A stretch of DNA of 64,000 nt from assembly GCF_000981445.1 (NCBI RefSeq), contig NC_027220.1, forward strand, positions 186,001 to 250,000, in the 5' to 3' direction. The position numbers were made by a program, and so were the translations under genes. The notes below the pieces were generated by a model. It did not search any database, was not told where the DNA came from, and saw only the letters and a program-made list of their open reading frames with translations. The stretch is from Babesia bigemina (taxonomy: Eukaryota). Positions 35,667 to 47,617 of this stretch are shown piece by piece; positions within the stretch are counted from its first letter, which is position 1, and each line of letters starts with the position of its first letter.

Positions 35667-36057
35667 CGTGAGCGTCCGATCTCAAGCTGCGATGCCCGCG
35701 GTTTCGCAGAGCCGGAACAACCACTACTTTATAGACCGAGTCATATTAGAGACTGATTGACGCTGGATTTTGACAGCAGCATCGACACGGAAGCAACATT
35801 TGCCCGAGGAATTGTTTTTTCATGAGGGTGGGTGCTCGACCGACGAGGCCTGTCACCAGGTGGGAAACACGTTATTCACACACTACACACACTGTCTACT
35901 TGCCCGAATACATTTATGTGAGGAACGTGTAGGTCAAAAGACTGCAATGTGTGGGCTCAAATGCCAACATTGGCATTCGTGCTGCCGCCTAATGCAGACC
36001 GAGCGTAAACCAAGGTGTATTTAAATTACCATAAATGTAAAATTCACAACACGTAGC

Positions 36058-39000
36058 CTACTTGGCTGTGTTTGAAGGCCGTTTGGGGCCAGGGGCGCCT
36101 CCTGGTATCTTGCAGTTCTCGATGAGCGTGAGCGCAAATTGATCCGTGGTGATGAGTTTCACGTACGGAGCCTTCGTTTCGTCGACCTTGAGGAAGTGAT
36201 GTAGAGCCTGTGATGCGATGGCTCCCTTCTTGAGGTTACCGGGCACGAGCTTCAGGTGGTATGGGTGGCTCTTCAACGCATTGTAAGGAGCACACATCGG
36301 AATGGCGCTGATGATGACGTCGGCGGGGCCCGGCTCCTTCGACAGCATACGCAGCTGGTCCATGTGGGAAGACAGCTCCTTTTTGTCCAGTGGCTTTATT
36401 TCCTTTCGCTGATAAACAGTCCTGCTCTTGTTCTCGTCCGACCGGTCATCGCTTGCCGTTGCAGCGGCAGCTTGTTGTTCCACGTGTTTCAGCACCTTTG
36501 AGCCTGTGAGTTTGCGCCTCAGTTCTTGCGTTTCTTCGTCGTCCTCGCCGTATTTCTTCCTTGCGCGGGCTGCTTTGATGCCGGCAAGCTTGGACGGTCC
36601 TTGCTGCTTCTTCGATTTCCCGAACATTCCCGTGGGCATTCGCCGCCTGAGACACTGTAACGCTTCAGGAGTGTGCTCCACTTTCTCGGGCTCTGTGAAT
36701 CGCACAGTGGGAGGGAGCTCATATGATTGGTCGGCGTCTACTAATCCCAATTGAGACAACTTGTCCATCAGTTCATCGGGGTTAAATCCTTGGCAAGGAT
36801 ACCCAGTACCCTTCCTCAGTAGACGATGCGCGTGTGGGGAGTCGCTGACCTTATTCGTCGATGGAACGATGTTTGACATGTCGAATCTAACAGAACGTCT
36901 TGGTTTACTTGGTGTTTTGTTGTCAACGGCGGCCCCAACGGAGCTGTTTACAGGATCCGCTTCCACCACCTCGGTTCCCGAAGTTGTATCCGATGAATTC
37001 ATATGCCCATTTATGAGCGCTTCGTTACCCTCGACACTAGCTTTATCTGTTGGATAATCGTTATCCACCACTTCTCCAAGAGAAAGATTGGAGTCATCCT
37101 CCAAATCTGATTCACCCGTGTAGTCCGATGACGAATCACTAGCGCCAGACTCCTGAAGGTCATCTGTGACATCACTGTCATCTGATTCGGCGTCATCCTC
37201 AGCATTGGAGTCGTCATCAGCCCCACTGGCATCCTCCTCAGACGCGACACCACGATCGTCGTACACCTGGTCATCACCATCGGGGTCGACGCTATCCGCA
37301 TCATTGTCTCCGTCTTCTATTAAAGAGACACTATCTCCAGCTTTCCCCCTATTACCCAATAAGGGTAGGCCGGAGGTGCCTTGACGTTTAATACGGCCCA
37401 ATCCCTCCTGGGGAACAGGGCTGTCTGATGCCTCGGAATCATCGCTGAATTCATCATCCACGCCATCAGAGTCTGACTGTTGCTCTATGTCTACATCTTG
37501 CAACTGAGGTGCATCGATGTGGAACATCACGCCAATTGCCATCTCCAGTCGCTGCGGTTGTACGTAGTTCTTTTTGCCACGTATCATAAAGCTACCGTGG
37601 GGTAGGTACTCTCCTGTGGGTGCCGAGCGCGAAACCTGATCGTGGTGTACCCACCATGCAGGTACCACCATCTTCTGCGTCCACGCAGAACTTAAACAGA
37701 TGGCGAAACATGCTGCCTCCTCGATGGAATTCGGGAAGCTCTCAGCGGTTCCGTTGGGGTTCTTTAGAATACAACTTGAACCACCATGAACGTCGGCGTG
37801 GAAGTACAAATCACCCTTGGTAAGGTAACGCTTCACCAGCAGCTCGTTCTGCGTCGAATCACGACCGCCTAGAACCAAAAACCCGTCACTAGTGACAAAC
37901 CAGTGAAACTTCTCGAACCACATTCGCTTGCGTACTTTGACGAGGGAGACTGACTTGCCCGACTTCTTTTGTTTCTCCTTTTCCTTTTGGTCGTCTACGC
38001 GCTTCAGAGCGAATTCGCGACCTATCCGTGTGCGTTCCAGCTTTTCGGCGAGTTGTTTCTTGTTCGCATACAGGGTCTCGAGGTTCTGGAAACAGGTAAG
38101 GCCGTAGTCTAATGTTGCGCTAGATCTGTCGTCCAAATCGGTTGTTTCCAAGGTACTCTTTACACTCTTTTTGCCCAATTTCCCGTGCTGCGATGGCCCG
38201 CTTCCGTAAAAATGGGGGTCATCGGAAGGCAGACAAACATCCACCCGGCGCTCCGGGATGTTTACTGACCTGATATGCCTGGCCAACAGATGCCCACGTT
38301 CGCGCTGAAGCGACAGCTGGTCTACTATTTCCCTCCAGGAAGCACCAGACGCCACCAAAGATCTTATAAGAGACAGCACTTGGTCGAAAACTACGCGATT
38401 GCTTTCAACCAGTTCAATGTCACTTGTTATTTTTTCAATTCCCTTTTGCCGTTTTAGCTCGCGCCGGTCCTGATCATCTTTAATTTTCTTCAATTTAATG
38501 GGCTTCTTCGGTTGTGCCTCCTTTTCAATTTTTTTGATCTCAAATTTTGTGAAATACGCATCCAGTGCATGATTAAAATCATCATACATGTCAGCAGCGT
38601 TACCGAAGTCGAATGGGCTGAAGTCGTGGTACTCTTGCGCCCCCTTGTATAGGTACCCCGGCACAACAGTGCTCGCGTGTGCCACTGAAAGGACAGCCTG
38701 TCGGATAGCTTCCACGCATTCGTGCAGCTTCTCAGGTTCGACCTCTGTCACATTTCTAGATCCCATATGGGCATCGCCAGTCGCAGTTTTGAGGACATGA
38801 TCCATCAGCGCAACGTGAACGCTGGGAAAGATTGCCTTCAGGAGAGCATGCAGGCTTCCTTGATCCTTGACTTCATTCGAAATTTCCTCCGACTCCGCCT
38901 TAGATTCTTTGGTCCCCGCCTGTGATTTGCCCTTCGGATTCCCTTTTGCACCCTTCGACGCGGCATGGTTCCCCTTGTCTACATTACCGCCGTCGATGGA

Positions 39001-39952
39001 GTCAAGTTCACCAGATCCAGCTGCCAACATACGCAACGCCTCATTTATGACGTCCCTTGATACTGGCACTCCCCATGGCACAGTGGCCTCCGGTATGTCG
39101 TACGTCTGTCCAACTTTGAAAAACGCCTCCCCCGCATTTTGCGGGCGAAGCACAGCCAGTACCTTGTACTGGTAGTCCGTTAAGTATACGTTTCCTGGTA
39201 AGAAAAATTGCACGATAAGGTGGTAGGCATATTCATCAGAGCTGAATGTGAAATCCACGACCCTATCCTGCGCAATTTGTGCGATTCCCCTGAGCTTCCT
39301 CGTCCGGAGGTGTTTCCTCAGCTGAGCACCGTTGATTCAACCGCAACACAAGTGGAACTATAAAACGAGGACGAACATGTATCTGAAATCGCACGGGCAA
39401 CCACGTTCCAACATGCCACCAGTGGTGGTAGCATCAACATTGTATGCAGAATATGCATTTCGAAATCGCTGAACACATAGACAGATCCTTCAATCTTACA
39501 GCAACATCTCACACCACTGCAACAAAGTGTAGCGTTGCCATTGGTTCTCCGAGCAGCTGGTTTGACTTTAGGGCGGCCTTAATGTCGGCGCAACTCAGAC
39601 ACATAAATCACTTTGCTGCGCGTAATCTATAGTCGCAAAAAGCAATGAAACTACTGCTAAATAGGTCCAATCATCACTCCACCGCCAACATTGACTATAA
39701 TCGTAGTACGCCATTTACCTTGACGTTGAAGTTAGAAGGGAGGTGGTCCGTGTTCCTCAGGAACTGCGTCGTGTGAATGCGATGGCCGATTTCGAACAGC
39801 ACAAACTTCTTGTCCTCGTTCTTGGAGAACTTGAGCACGTAGACGCGGCTCGTAACATCGTAGATGTTCACGAGGTTATAGTGCAGTATATCCTTTTGGA
39901 GGTTGCCTACGACGGCTGCCACGTCGATGGCATTCAGCCGTTCGCGCACCAT
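36058..39952 (-). CDS. NEMF: NEMF/Rqc2 ribosome quality-control factor (exon 1 39952-39719, intron 39718-39322)
   Basis: [87 protein letters not shown]. Confidence 0.93.
39581..39692 (-). ncRNA. Intronic C/D-box snoRNA candidate
   Basis: Box C GTGATGA (39677-39671) and box D CTGA (39598-39595), flanked by a 10-bp stem AATGTTGGCG/CGCCGACATT, sense within the NEMF intron. Confidence 0.6.
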
Positions 39953-40091
39953 TTAAACAATATATAATTCTACAGCGCTACCATGTTTGCTGTGCGTAAA
40001 AAAAGCGCGTCCATCGGCTCCGAGGGCTAGCCTTCCGTTGGCGTCGGGTCACGCGCTCGTGCAAAGCGCTGTCGCCTAGCCTCACTTTACT

Positions 40092-41419
40092 ATGAAGAGC
40101 GTCGTAAATCAGGGACAGCGGAAGGTGCGAGCGGTAAGGCAACAGTGCGCTACGTACCAGAATCTGATTCGGGTGCGCGTCCAGCTCCAAAAGTGTTCGG
40201 TCAACACATCGCGTTGGCCACACCCTTGGTTGTCGAAGGCAGTCAGCAGCATTGAATTGGCGCCAGAGGAGGCTACATATGAGGACACTACGGCCATTCA
40301 ACGCAACGTCGGTAATATTTTCCTCCGGTTGTACGGAAGACTTGCTTCCCTGAGTGGGTGACTCTGCCTTCCGTTGATATCATGGGCAGAGAAGTTGAAC
40401 CTTGCAGACGGCGACCCATTTGAGAGTATAGACATTTTGCCCAGGAGGCGTGACGAGATTCTGGAACGTCTGGACCACTGGAACCAGAAGACCAATGTGA
40501 AGGTACGTTTTGAATCCATGGCTGATTCCATTTATCGTTGAATTCTTCCCCGGCGTTTATCCTCTCTCATTTATGTCTCGTATGGTAGCAAGGGGGTATT
40601 GTAACGGCGCTTTAGCTTACTTTGAACCCGCGTCGATGGCGCTCTTTATTGCCCGTCGTCGCCCTTCTTCGTGGCTACGTAGCCTGCTGGGTCATAGTAG
40701 GAAGGGCGCTGAGCTCCTTTCATTTCTTCAACAACAATTAATCACGCACATGTTGCGCATGATTTGAGTTACTGTTATTACTAGTAGCAGTTTTGTGAAT
40801 GTCTGATGCGTTTCAGGTGGACAAGTCGTTCGAGGTGCTGAACAAAAGCATTTCATCGCAAGTACACTATTTTTTGGAAAACAATGTCGATTTTTTGAAA
40901 AAGGCACGACCATCGAAGATACCAGATAACGTGAGCTTAGCGGTCTCGCGACGTCATCACACGGCAGGTCATTGGTTACGGGCTGCTGCAGGACAAGCTG
41001 GGTCTGCAAGATTGCCGCAAGATTATCTTGTCAGAGCTTTACAACGACCAGGTTCGCGCAATTCGAGTAACATTAACATTTCGCAGCTGTTTTATGTTCA
41101 GCTGTTACGATTTCTCATCCAAACGGGCGCGGAAAGCGACGCCAACCTGCGTGAGGAGGAGCAGCAATTAAGAAACGACCACTCGGGTTAGTGACCCGCC
41201 TGTACACATTTCTATTGCCTGGCAGATAAGCCGCGCATGTCCGTTGCGAAAACTTCGAAATCGCGTCGTCTACGCTATACAGTGGTTGAGAAATTGCAGA
41301 ACTTCGTGGTTAGTGCATCTTTCGTGCTGACGAAAAGCGAACAGGAGCGTACGAGAAATAAGGCCATCACCAGCCCTGACGTGGTCGACCTTATCATTCG
41401 GTCTCTGTTTAAATCGTAA
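40092..41419 (+). CDS. AATF: AATF/Bfr2 (TRAUB) ribosome-biogenesis factor, spliced
   Basis: N-terminal KVRAVRQQCATYQNLIRVRVQLQK; C-terminal KSRRLRYTVVEKLQNFV...DLIIRSLF. Confidence 0.75.
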
Positions 41420-41519
41420 GCCATCCGCCGCTTCTGGTCTAGGGGGATTTTTTGGCATCCCCAATTTTCCAAACGGCCCTGGTGGTGGCGCCAGCACATC
41501 GGCGCGTGAACGTGATATT

Positions 41520-41889
41520 ATGGCCGGCGTCCGCCGCCATGAGATTTTTGTGAGCAATGACGGTCACAAATTTGGTGAAATTGTGGAAGAGTGCAGCGGC
41601 ATTCTGACCGACGTACGTTTCTGAACAAATGTCGCTAACATGCCCCAGGGCAGCGCAGACGAAATCGTGCTGAAGGTCCCGTTAAGGCATGCTACACGAG
41701 CCGTATCCGTGTGTGAGTCGCTTAAACGTCGCTTCACCGACATAACCGTGGCGAGTGAACTCTGCAACATCTTCGTGAGTTTACCAGACGACCACGAACA
41801 AACAGACGCAGAGCGGGAATTCCGGGGTGGAGCGGCGCCAGTCTGCTCTGTTCGAGATACGGATTTCACGTCATCGATTGGGATTTTAG
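41520..41889 (+). CDS. Alba-domain nucleic-acid-binding protein (two short introns)
   Basis: Spliced reading HEIFVSNDGHKFGEIVEECSGILTD|GSADEIVLKVPLRHATRAVSVCESLKRRF...RRQSALFEIRISR follows the Alba fold pattern. Confidence 0.7.
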
Positions 41890-42055
41890 CGGATTGGCAT
41901 ACACGGCGCTTATTGTGCTTCGTTTGTCATTGTGCGCTGTTGTAACACAATAAAATTGAAATGTATGTCTAGGCGAACATGGTTCAACCTTTGACTAAGT
42001 TGTTGTGCATCACACTTGGGAGCATGGAAATGTTCTTTGGCTATGTCTGGGCCGC

Positions 42056-42343
42056 TTAATTCTTCTTGGCGTACTCTGCCTTCTCCCTCTCGTACCTGGC
42101 GCGGTCTTCCTCAGCTAGCTTTTCGTAGGGAGCCTTATCGGCCTCGCCGAGAGCGTTCCAGGCTGAGCCGATCAGCTTTCCCACAGCGGCAACATCCTTG
42201 GCCATCTCAGGGTTTTTCGCGATTATTTCGCCGCGCTTCTCCTTCGCAAAGAACATGTAGGAGGACAGGGCGCGCTTGGGAGCGTTCGGGTCTTTTTTGG
42301 TCCTCTTTCCCTTCTTAATCGTTGACTTGGAGTTGGGTGCCAT
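42056..42343 (-). CDS. HMG-box protein (Nhp6/HMGB-like)
   Basis: KKDPNAPKRALSSYMFFAKEKR...VGKLIGSAWNAL...KAPYEKLAEEDRARYEREKAEY; ATG at 42343. Confidence 0.95.
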   Translation of the reverse strand: MAPNSKSTIKKGKRTKKDPNAPKRALSSYMFFAKEKRGEIIAKNPEMAKDVAAVGKLIGSAWNALGEADKAPYEKLAEEDRARYEREKAEYAKKN

Positions 42344-42899
42344 TTTGTACGTATACAGTGGTTGCCTCAGCGCGTCGAGGTTTATGTGTAAGGTGTTGCC
42401 CGGAGGTCGAGGCAATACCGCCCGCAGATGTTTTGTAGTGAGCTTCGAAACTTTCTTCCGGCGTATCGAATAGGGTAACCTAGGCGGCTCTCGCACGAGC
42501 GGTGCCACTGCATGGGGGTCATGGGGAAGGCCGTCCGCCTGGCATCCAGTGTGTGCACGCGGCTCTGGATAGCCGCGACGTCTGCTCGCGGATTCTAGCA
42601 GCGCATGCCACTCTGCTGTCGACAAGGCGCTTCTAGGCGTAAACTATGACAAACGGGCCCAGTATGCGGCCCATACTACGCACACCAACACGACGCGCTA
42701 CACACCCCTTGTGGCGCCGGGTATTACCAGCAAATAGCATTTCCGAACGGTTCACTACTGCCTTTATGCGACTTAGCTAATGTAGTTGTACGATAATGGT
42801 TATTCTGCCGGCTCTGAGCGGAGTTTAGATTCTTGCTGTCTCACGCTGTAGCAAGACACGTTGTAGAACGTACCGGTAGCGGCTGTCAGAATATAAGCA

Positions 42900-45321
42900 A
42901 TGTTGACTCCTTTCCTGGTTAGATCGAAAGCTTCCGACAGTGTCTCGCCATTGTCTAATCGCTCTTCCGTGCTTTCACAGCGCGCGTCACCGTGTTCGAC
43001 GCCGAGGCAACTGACAATTACCGGACTGCATGACGACGATAGGTCGAAGTACACCCCTTGTGGTAATGTCGTCGTTGAACTCGACGGCAAGAAGTTCTAC
43101 CACGCAGTTCGGAAGGGCGTAGACCTCATCAAGGTCGGTGATTCTGTCGATGTTGTTGTACGCTTTGTTAACTCGGAGAAGTGCATTACGCGGCTCGGTA
43201 GGTTAAATTGTACGAGTTAATCGTTCATTGGCGTTCAGCTAAAATCGCAGCGATCTTCCAAGATGGCCGTGGCGAGATGAAGGCAGAGGTAGCGTACTAC
43301 TACGACACAAACGATGTTATACCCGGAGTGCACCGCCGATTCATAGCCAACAAATCACGCCTGTATATACACAAGAATTCGAATTGGCGGGGTTTTACGC
43401 ATCACAATGAGGTGGTTGCATCTAATGAGGTGGGTATGACGCGTGTCTACGCCGTTGTTGTACCGTGAAGTTGGGAAATTGCGCTGTTGGACTTGTTCCT
43501 TACCACGGCCGATTCATTTGCATTATTGAACAATTATCGTATGTGAGGAATATCTTCACGGGTTCATATTTCAGCAAGCGTTCTGTTTGTTATACGTCTC
43601 CTGCCGCATTTCGATTGCCCACCTGTCTGATATTTTATCAGTTCGAATTTATTACGGTGGACGCGATAGATGAAGTCATAACCGTGCACGAAAATTTGGA
43701 AGCCTATCAGGCAGCTGTTGACGCGGCGGGTGATGAGGCCGGCCACTACTTCTGCCAGGTAGTCTGCTACACGGAGAGCTATGCGCTGAAACCGTTCGAC
43801 TCGAAGTCTCAGTGGAGGCAGGTAATGCTGGAAAGTAGTGAGTTCCACCGAGTATATCACATGGGCTTCATGGAATCTCCAACTGGCCGATTGCAAGCAA
43901 TATGCGCCGACAAAGGGAAGGTAATATTGGGGCGGTGAGTCCATGCCACGTGTATTAGTTATGATGTGAAGGGAGGAGGAGGCTGCCACAATCAGGACCT
44001 TCATAGAGACAGGAATACGACAGGGTGGCACCGGTCAGCTGCTTTGTAAGTTTACACCCGGGTCACCGCTTGACATTTGTTAGACGTGAGCGGGGTGCCG
44101 GGTACCGGTAAGACGGCAACTGTCAACATGATAGTACGCGAAATATCGGATAAAAAGCTAAGCGCTAAGCTCCCCTGGTTCGATCTCGTGGAGATAAATG
44201 GTGTGCACCTTGTGGACCCCAACGATTTTTATCGCATCCTGTATGGCAAGGTGAGTACCGATACTGATTGCGTGGAGTGCACGCCCTGCAGCTGATGAAG
44301 AAATCGGCGGTGAACCACATTGCCGCCTACAAAGAGCTAGATGAGTATTTCATGAACAATCAGACGCCATGGTGAGTTCGGTAGTAAATAGAGAAGTGGC
44401 ATTTACCTGTTCGTGGGAGGTTAACCACCACACTGGTAATTGGTGCCACAGATCTCACGTTCGTAGATAACAGCGTAATTACAAACAAAATATAACGTGT
44501 CATGCCCGTGCAGCGTGCTGATCATTGACGAAGCAGACTACATCGTCACCCGCAAGCAAAAGGTGCTGTTTACAATCTTCGACTGGCCCTCAAGAAGGAA
44601 GTCAAAGCTGATCGTAGTTATCATCTCTAACACTATGGATCTACCTAGTCGCATGAAGGCGTCGTGCGTGAGCCGCCTGGCATTCGGCTCCCTGGTGTTC
44701 CAACCTTATCGGTACCAGCAAATCTTGGATGTGCTGTCCTCCCAAGAGGACATAAAGTCGGCTATTGACCCAGTCGCGCTGCAGCTGTGTGCCCGCAGGG
44801 TGACTAATTACAGCGGAGATATGCGCAAGGCGCTCCAGATTTGTAAGCTGGCATTGGCGACGGCTAAAGATGGCAAGGTGTCAACCGCAGAGATGAATCG
44901 CGTTTCTAACACAGTGCTAAGTTCAGCCGCAGTGGAGTCGCTGCAACACCAGTCCGATGCCATGTCGTGCCTCCTGGTGGCTCTCGTTCTGGAGCTGCGT
45001 GAGACGCAACTTTCCGTCGCATGCGCGCGCAAAGTCTACCACGCGTTCCGAGGAATGATGGCCGTGATGAAACCGGAATTTGGGAAGAGCATTTCCCTCG
45101 ACACATATAGACAGCTGCTTGTATCTGCATCACTGTCTGGCATCATTTCGCTGGAGCCCTCCGCATTCAACGAGCTTAACACGAAACGCAGGCTGCAGCT
45201 GTACGAGGAACTAGGGGAGGAGCTGGGGGACACCGCAATAGTGCCGGAGATCGACGTTGGGCATATAATTACGGCTTTGTCGAGAAACCCGTACTGGGAG
45301 CAGAAGCTTCGTGACCTGTAG
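42900..45321 (+). CDS. ORC1: ORC1/CDC6-family AAA+ ATPase with BAH-like N-terminus, spliced
   Basis: Walker A SGVPGTGKT, VEING, Walker B LIIDEADY, ISNTMDLP, SRL, FQPY, SGDMRKALQIC. Confidence 0.85.
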
Positions 45322-45616
45322 CGCGGCTCAGATAATTCTATTCGCATGTGGCGCTTTCACCAAGCTGTCCCGTAATATTGTTTAGCACCATGCGACTCAA
45401 ACGACAGTTATAATATAGTCTACATCGCAAATGAGGTCGTCCATATTCACAGCAACGATATTGTACAATGGTGCCGAAAGATCAGCTGTCACATCGCCCA
45501 ATCACCGTGCGCAATTTGTACTTCGATAGCGTGTAAGCATTATGCACACTAATTTACACAGTTGCTTGCGATAATAACGCATACTTGTAGGGGGTTGGGC
45601 TGTTAATAGAGCGGGA

Positions 45617-46106
45617 TTATACCTTGCCGAGACGCTTGGCGCGAAGCTTTCGGCGTTCGGCTTTCAGATTGCTCGACGCCGACAAGATCAGATCGAGTCT
45701 CGACGGTTCATCGTCCTCGTCATCAGCTGGCTTGGAAGCCTGCTTCACGGCCGTCTTGAGACGCTTTGACTTGGAGGCGCTCTGTTTCCCCTTTATAACC
45801 TCCTTGAGTTTTGACTCCTCGGCGGAAAAGACACGCACCTTCTCCGGCTTAAAGCCTACACCTATACTGACACAAATAAGTGCAGCTTATTGCATCCAAC
45901 ACATACCGTCTGCGTTGACGCTGATCAGATTCCCCTTCAAGGGCTTCTAGTTCCCCTTGCACATCGTCATCCGTGTTCGTTACAACAGCCGAATCTAGGC
46001 CCAGGTTAGTCTCCAACTGGCGCCTTATTTCCTTATCATCACCGAGCCTAGGGAACATAGCTGGAATGTTGATTGTTGGATTCCTCTCCACAACGCGCCA
46101 GCCCAT
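45617..46106 (-). CDS. Small basic uncharacterised protein, one intron; start uncertain
   Basis: Two ORFs join through a short GT-AG intron to give ..QRRRIGVGFKPEKVRVFSAEESKLKEVI..; Lys/Arg-rich C-terminus. Confidence 0.55.
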
Positions 46107-46164
46107 GGGGACGACAGGTCCATGCCACGCTTCTCAGGTAGATCAATATCGCAACATACCAGCG

Positions 46165-46812
46165 ATGGTGTTACTAAACTCTGACGAATTCCTGAAAAAG
46201 CTTACTGCTTTGGTGGCAGATGATTCTGGGCAAGCGGCGAAGGCGCTGCGCATTAGTTACAAGCGTCGTAAGTTCAGTTCATAAAGCCTCCCAGTACCGC
46301 AACTTTGGTATAACCTGGTGTTGTGCGTGGTATAGCCCAAATTGGGCATTCCTCTTCGGTTATTCCTAGCCCACAGGGAATTTGGTAAGGGGTTGGTAAC
46401 GGCAACACGGGTTAATAATACCGCGCGTTAATAACATTGCACCAAATCTAAATGAAATGTAATGGGCGATAGAATCCAAATCGTCGCAATGTGTTTATGT
46501 CTAGTGCCATATATTATCGGTTACATGGTACTGCGCGCGTTTTGCCGACTAATGCTTTTCAGACATTCCCAACGCAAGGTCGTGGCGCAATAGCAAATCT
46601 GATGAGCAGCAACAATCAGAAGATGGGCTGGAACCCGTCTGCCTTGTCCGTGCGCGACTAGGAGACTGCAAAATAAGCACACATGTATGCGCCTTAGTGA
46701 ATGTCGTATCATGCTTGTGTAGGTGACCTCCGATACGGTGGAAAACTTTACGAGATCCATAAACGAAATATCGGATATGATTTCCTTGGAAGAGAAGCCA
46801 TTGGACAGTTGA
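46165..46812 (+). CDS. SRP14: Signal recognition particle subunit SRP14 (exons 46165-46267, 46563-46684, 46723-46812)
   Basis: MVLLNSDEFLKKLTAL...LRISYKR|H...EPVCLVRARLGDCKISTH|VTSDTVENF. Confidence 0.85.
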
Positions 46813-47617
46813 AGAACTAGTATCTGTAAGGGCTTGGCGGGTAATATATCATAACAGTCACAAGTTGCCGTCAATGGAGCAGTTGTTGTATGGCGCCATA
46901 GAACTCGCATTAAATCTAATTTGCAAGCGCTTTTCTCGTATTGCAGTGTATTAAAGAAACAACAAGGCTATCTTAATGTCCTCTTTCTGTTTAGACAGTG
47001 TTACTCGGGATTACGTGCGGCATGATACAATTTTCATGCCGACTTTGTCCACTCCGCGAGATATATTGGCAATTTATGACCGCTTGACATCTCGTCGTTC
47101 TCGTACGTCGGTGATTCCCTTATTAGAACGACTGATTCGTTGATTTTGTCCACGATGCTTCTTCCAGTTGCAATCCTTCCATCGACACGAAGCATCTTTG
47201 ATCGTTAAATCAAGTATTAACAGTGTGACTCATATTGTGTGGCCTGTGTACGCCAATTGTGCCTTGTTGATTGACGTCGATGGACACCTAAGAATACACC
47301 TCCAACTGCGTTGCGATCCTTACGGTTCATATTTTTTGCTCATAAAAATTAACGTCTCAAACATATTAAAATGTTGTTTCTGTAATTACATTAGTCCTTT
47401 CAATTATTATTGCATCTGCATCTGTCGAGGAAAATTCTTAGGGATCCAGACAGCTGCTTTGATTGTTGTATGGCTGTAGCTGTACGATGAATTATCAATC
47501 ATCCTAAGGACGCATCCACCTGTCTTAATTTTCTTTCAGTTGCTTGAATCGCATAACCTTTGAAATCAGTTGCATATAAAGGGTCGGAGACGGTGTCACG
47601 CAATACTGTCAGCCGAA

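Noticed and set aside
41640..41945. ORF resembling KEOPS Pcc1
   Set aside because: The spliced model from ATG 41520 gives a better Alba-domain protein; this ORF starts inside an intron.
42344..42625. N-terminal extension of the HMG-box ORF
   Set aside because: Starts at a non-ATG codon; ATG 42343 gives a normal ~95-aa HMGB.
44371..44513. H/ACA-like hairpins in an ORC1 intron
   Set aside because: No canonical H or ACA box.
46680..46812. VTSDTVENFTRSINEISDMISLE looked like the post-YMDD helix of an RT
   Set aside because: It is exon 3 of SRP14, with canonical splice sites.
47100..47330. Minus-strand NQQGTIG / LLILDLTI, RT-like traces
   Set aside because: Needs several frameshifts and is too weak to support without a search.
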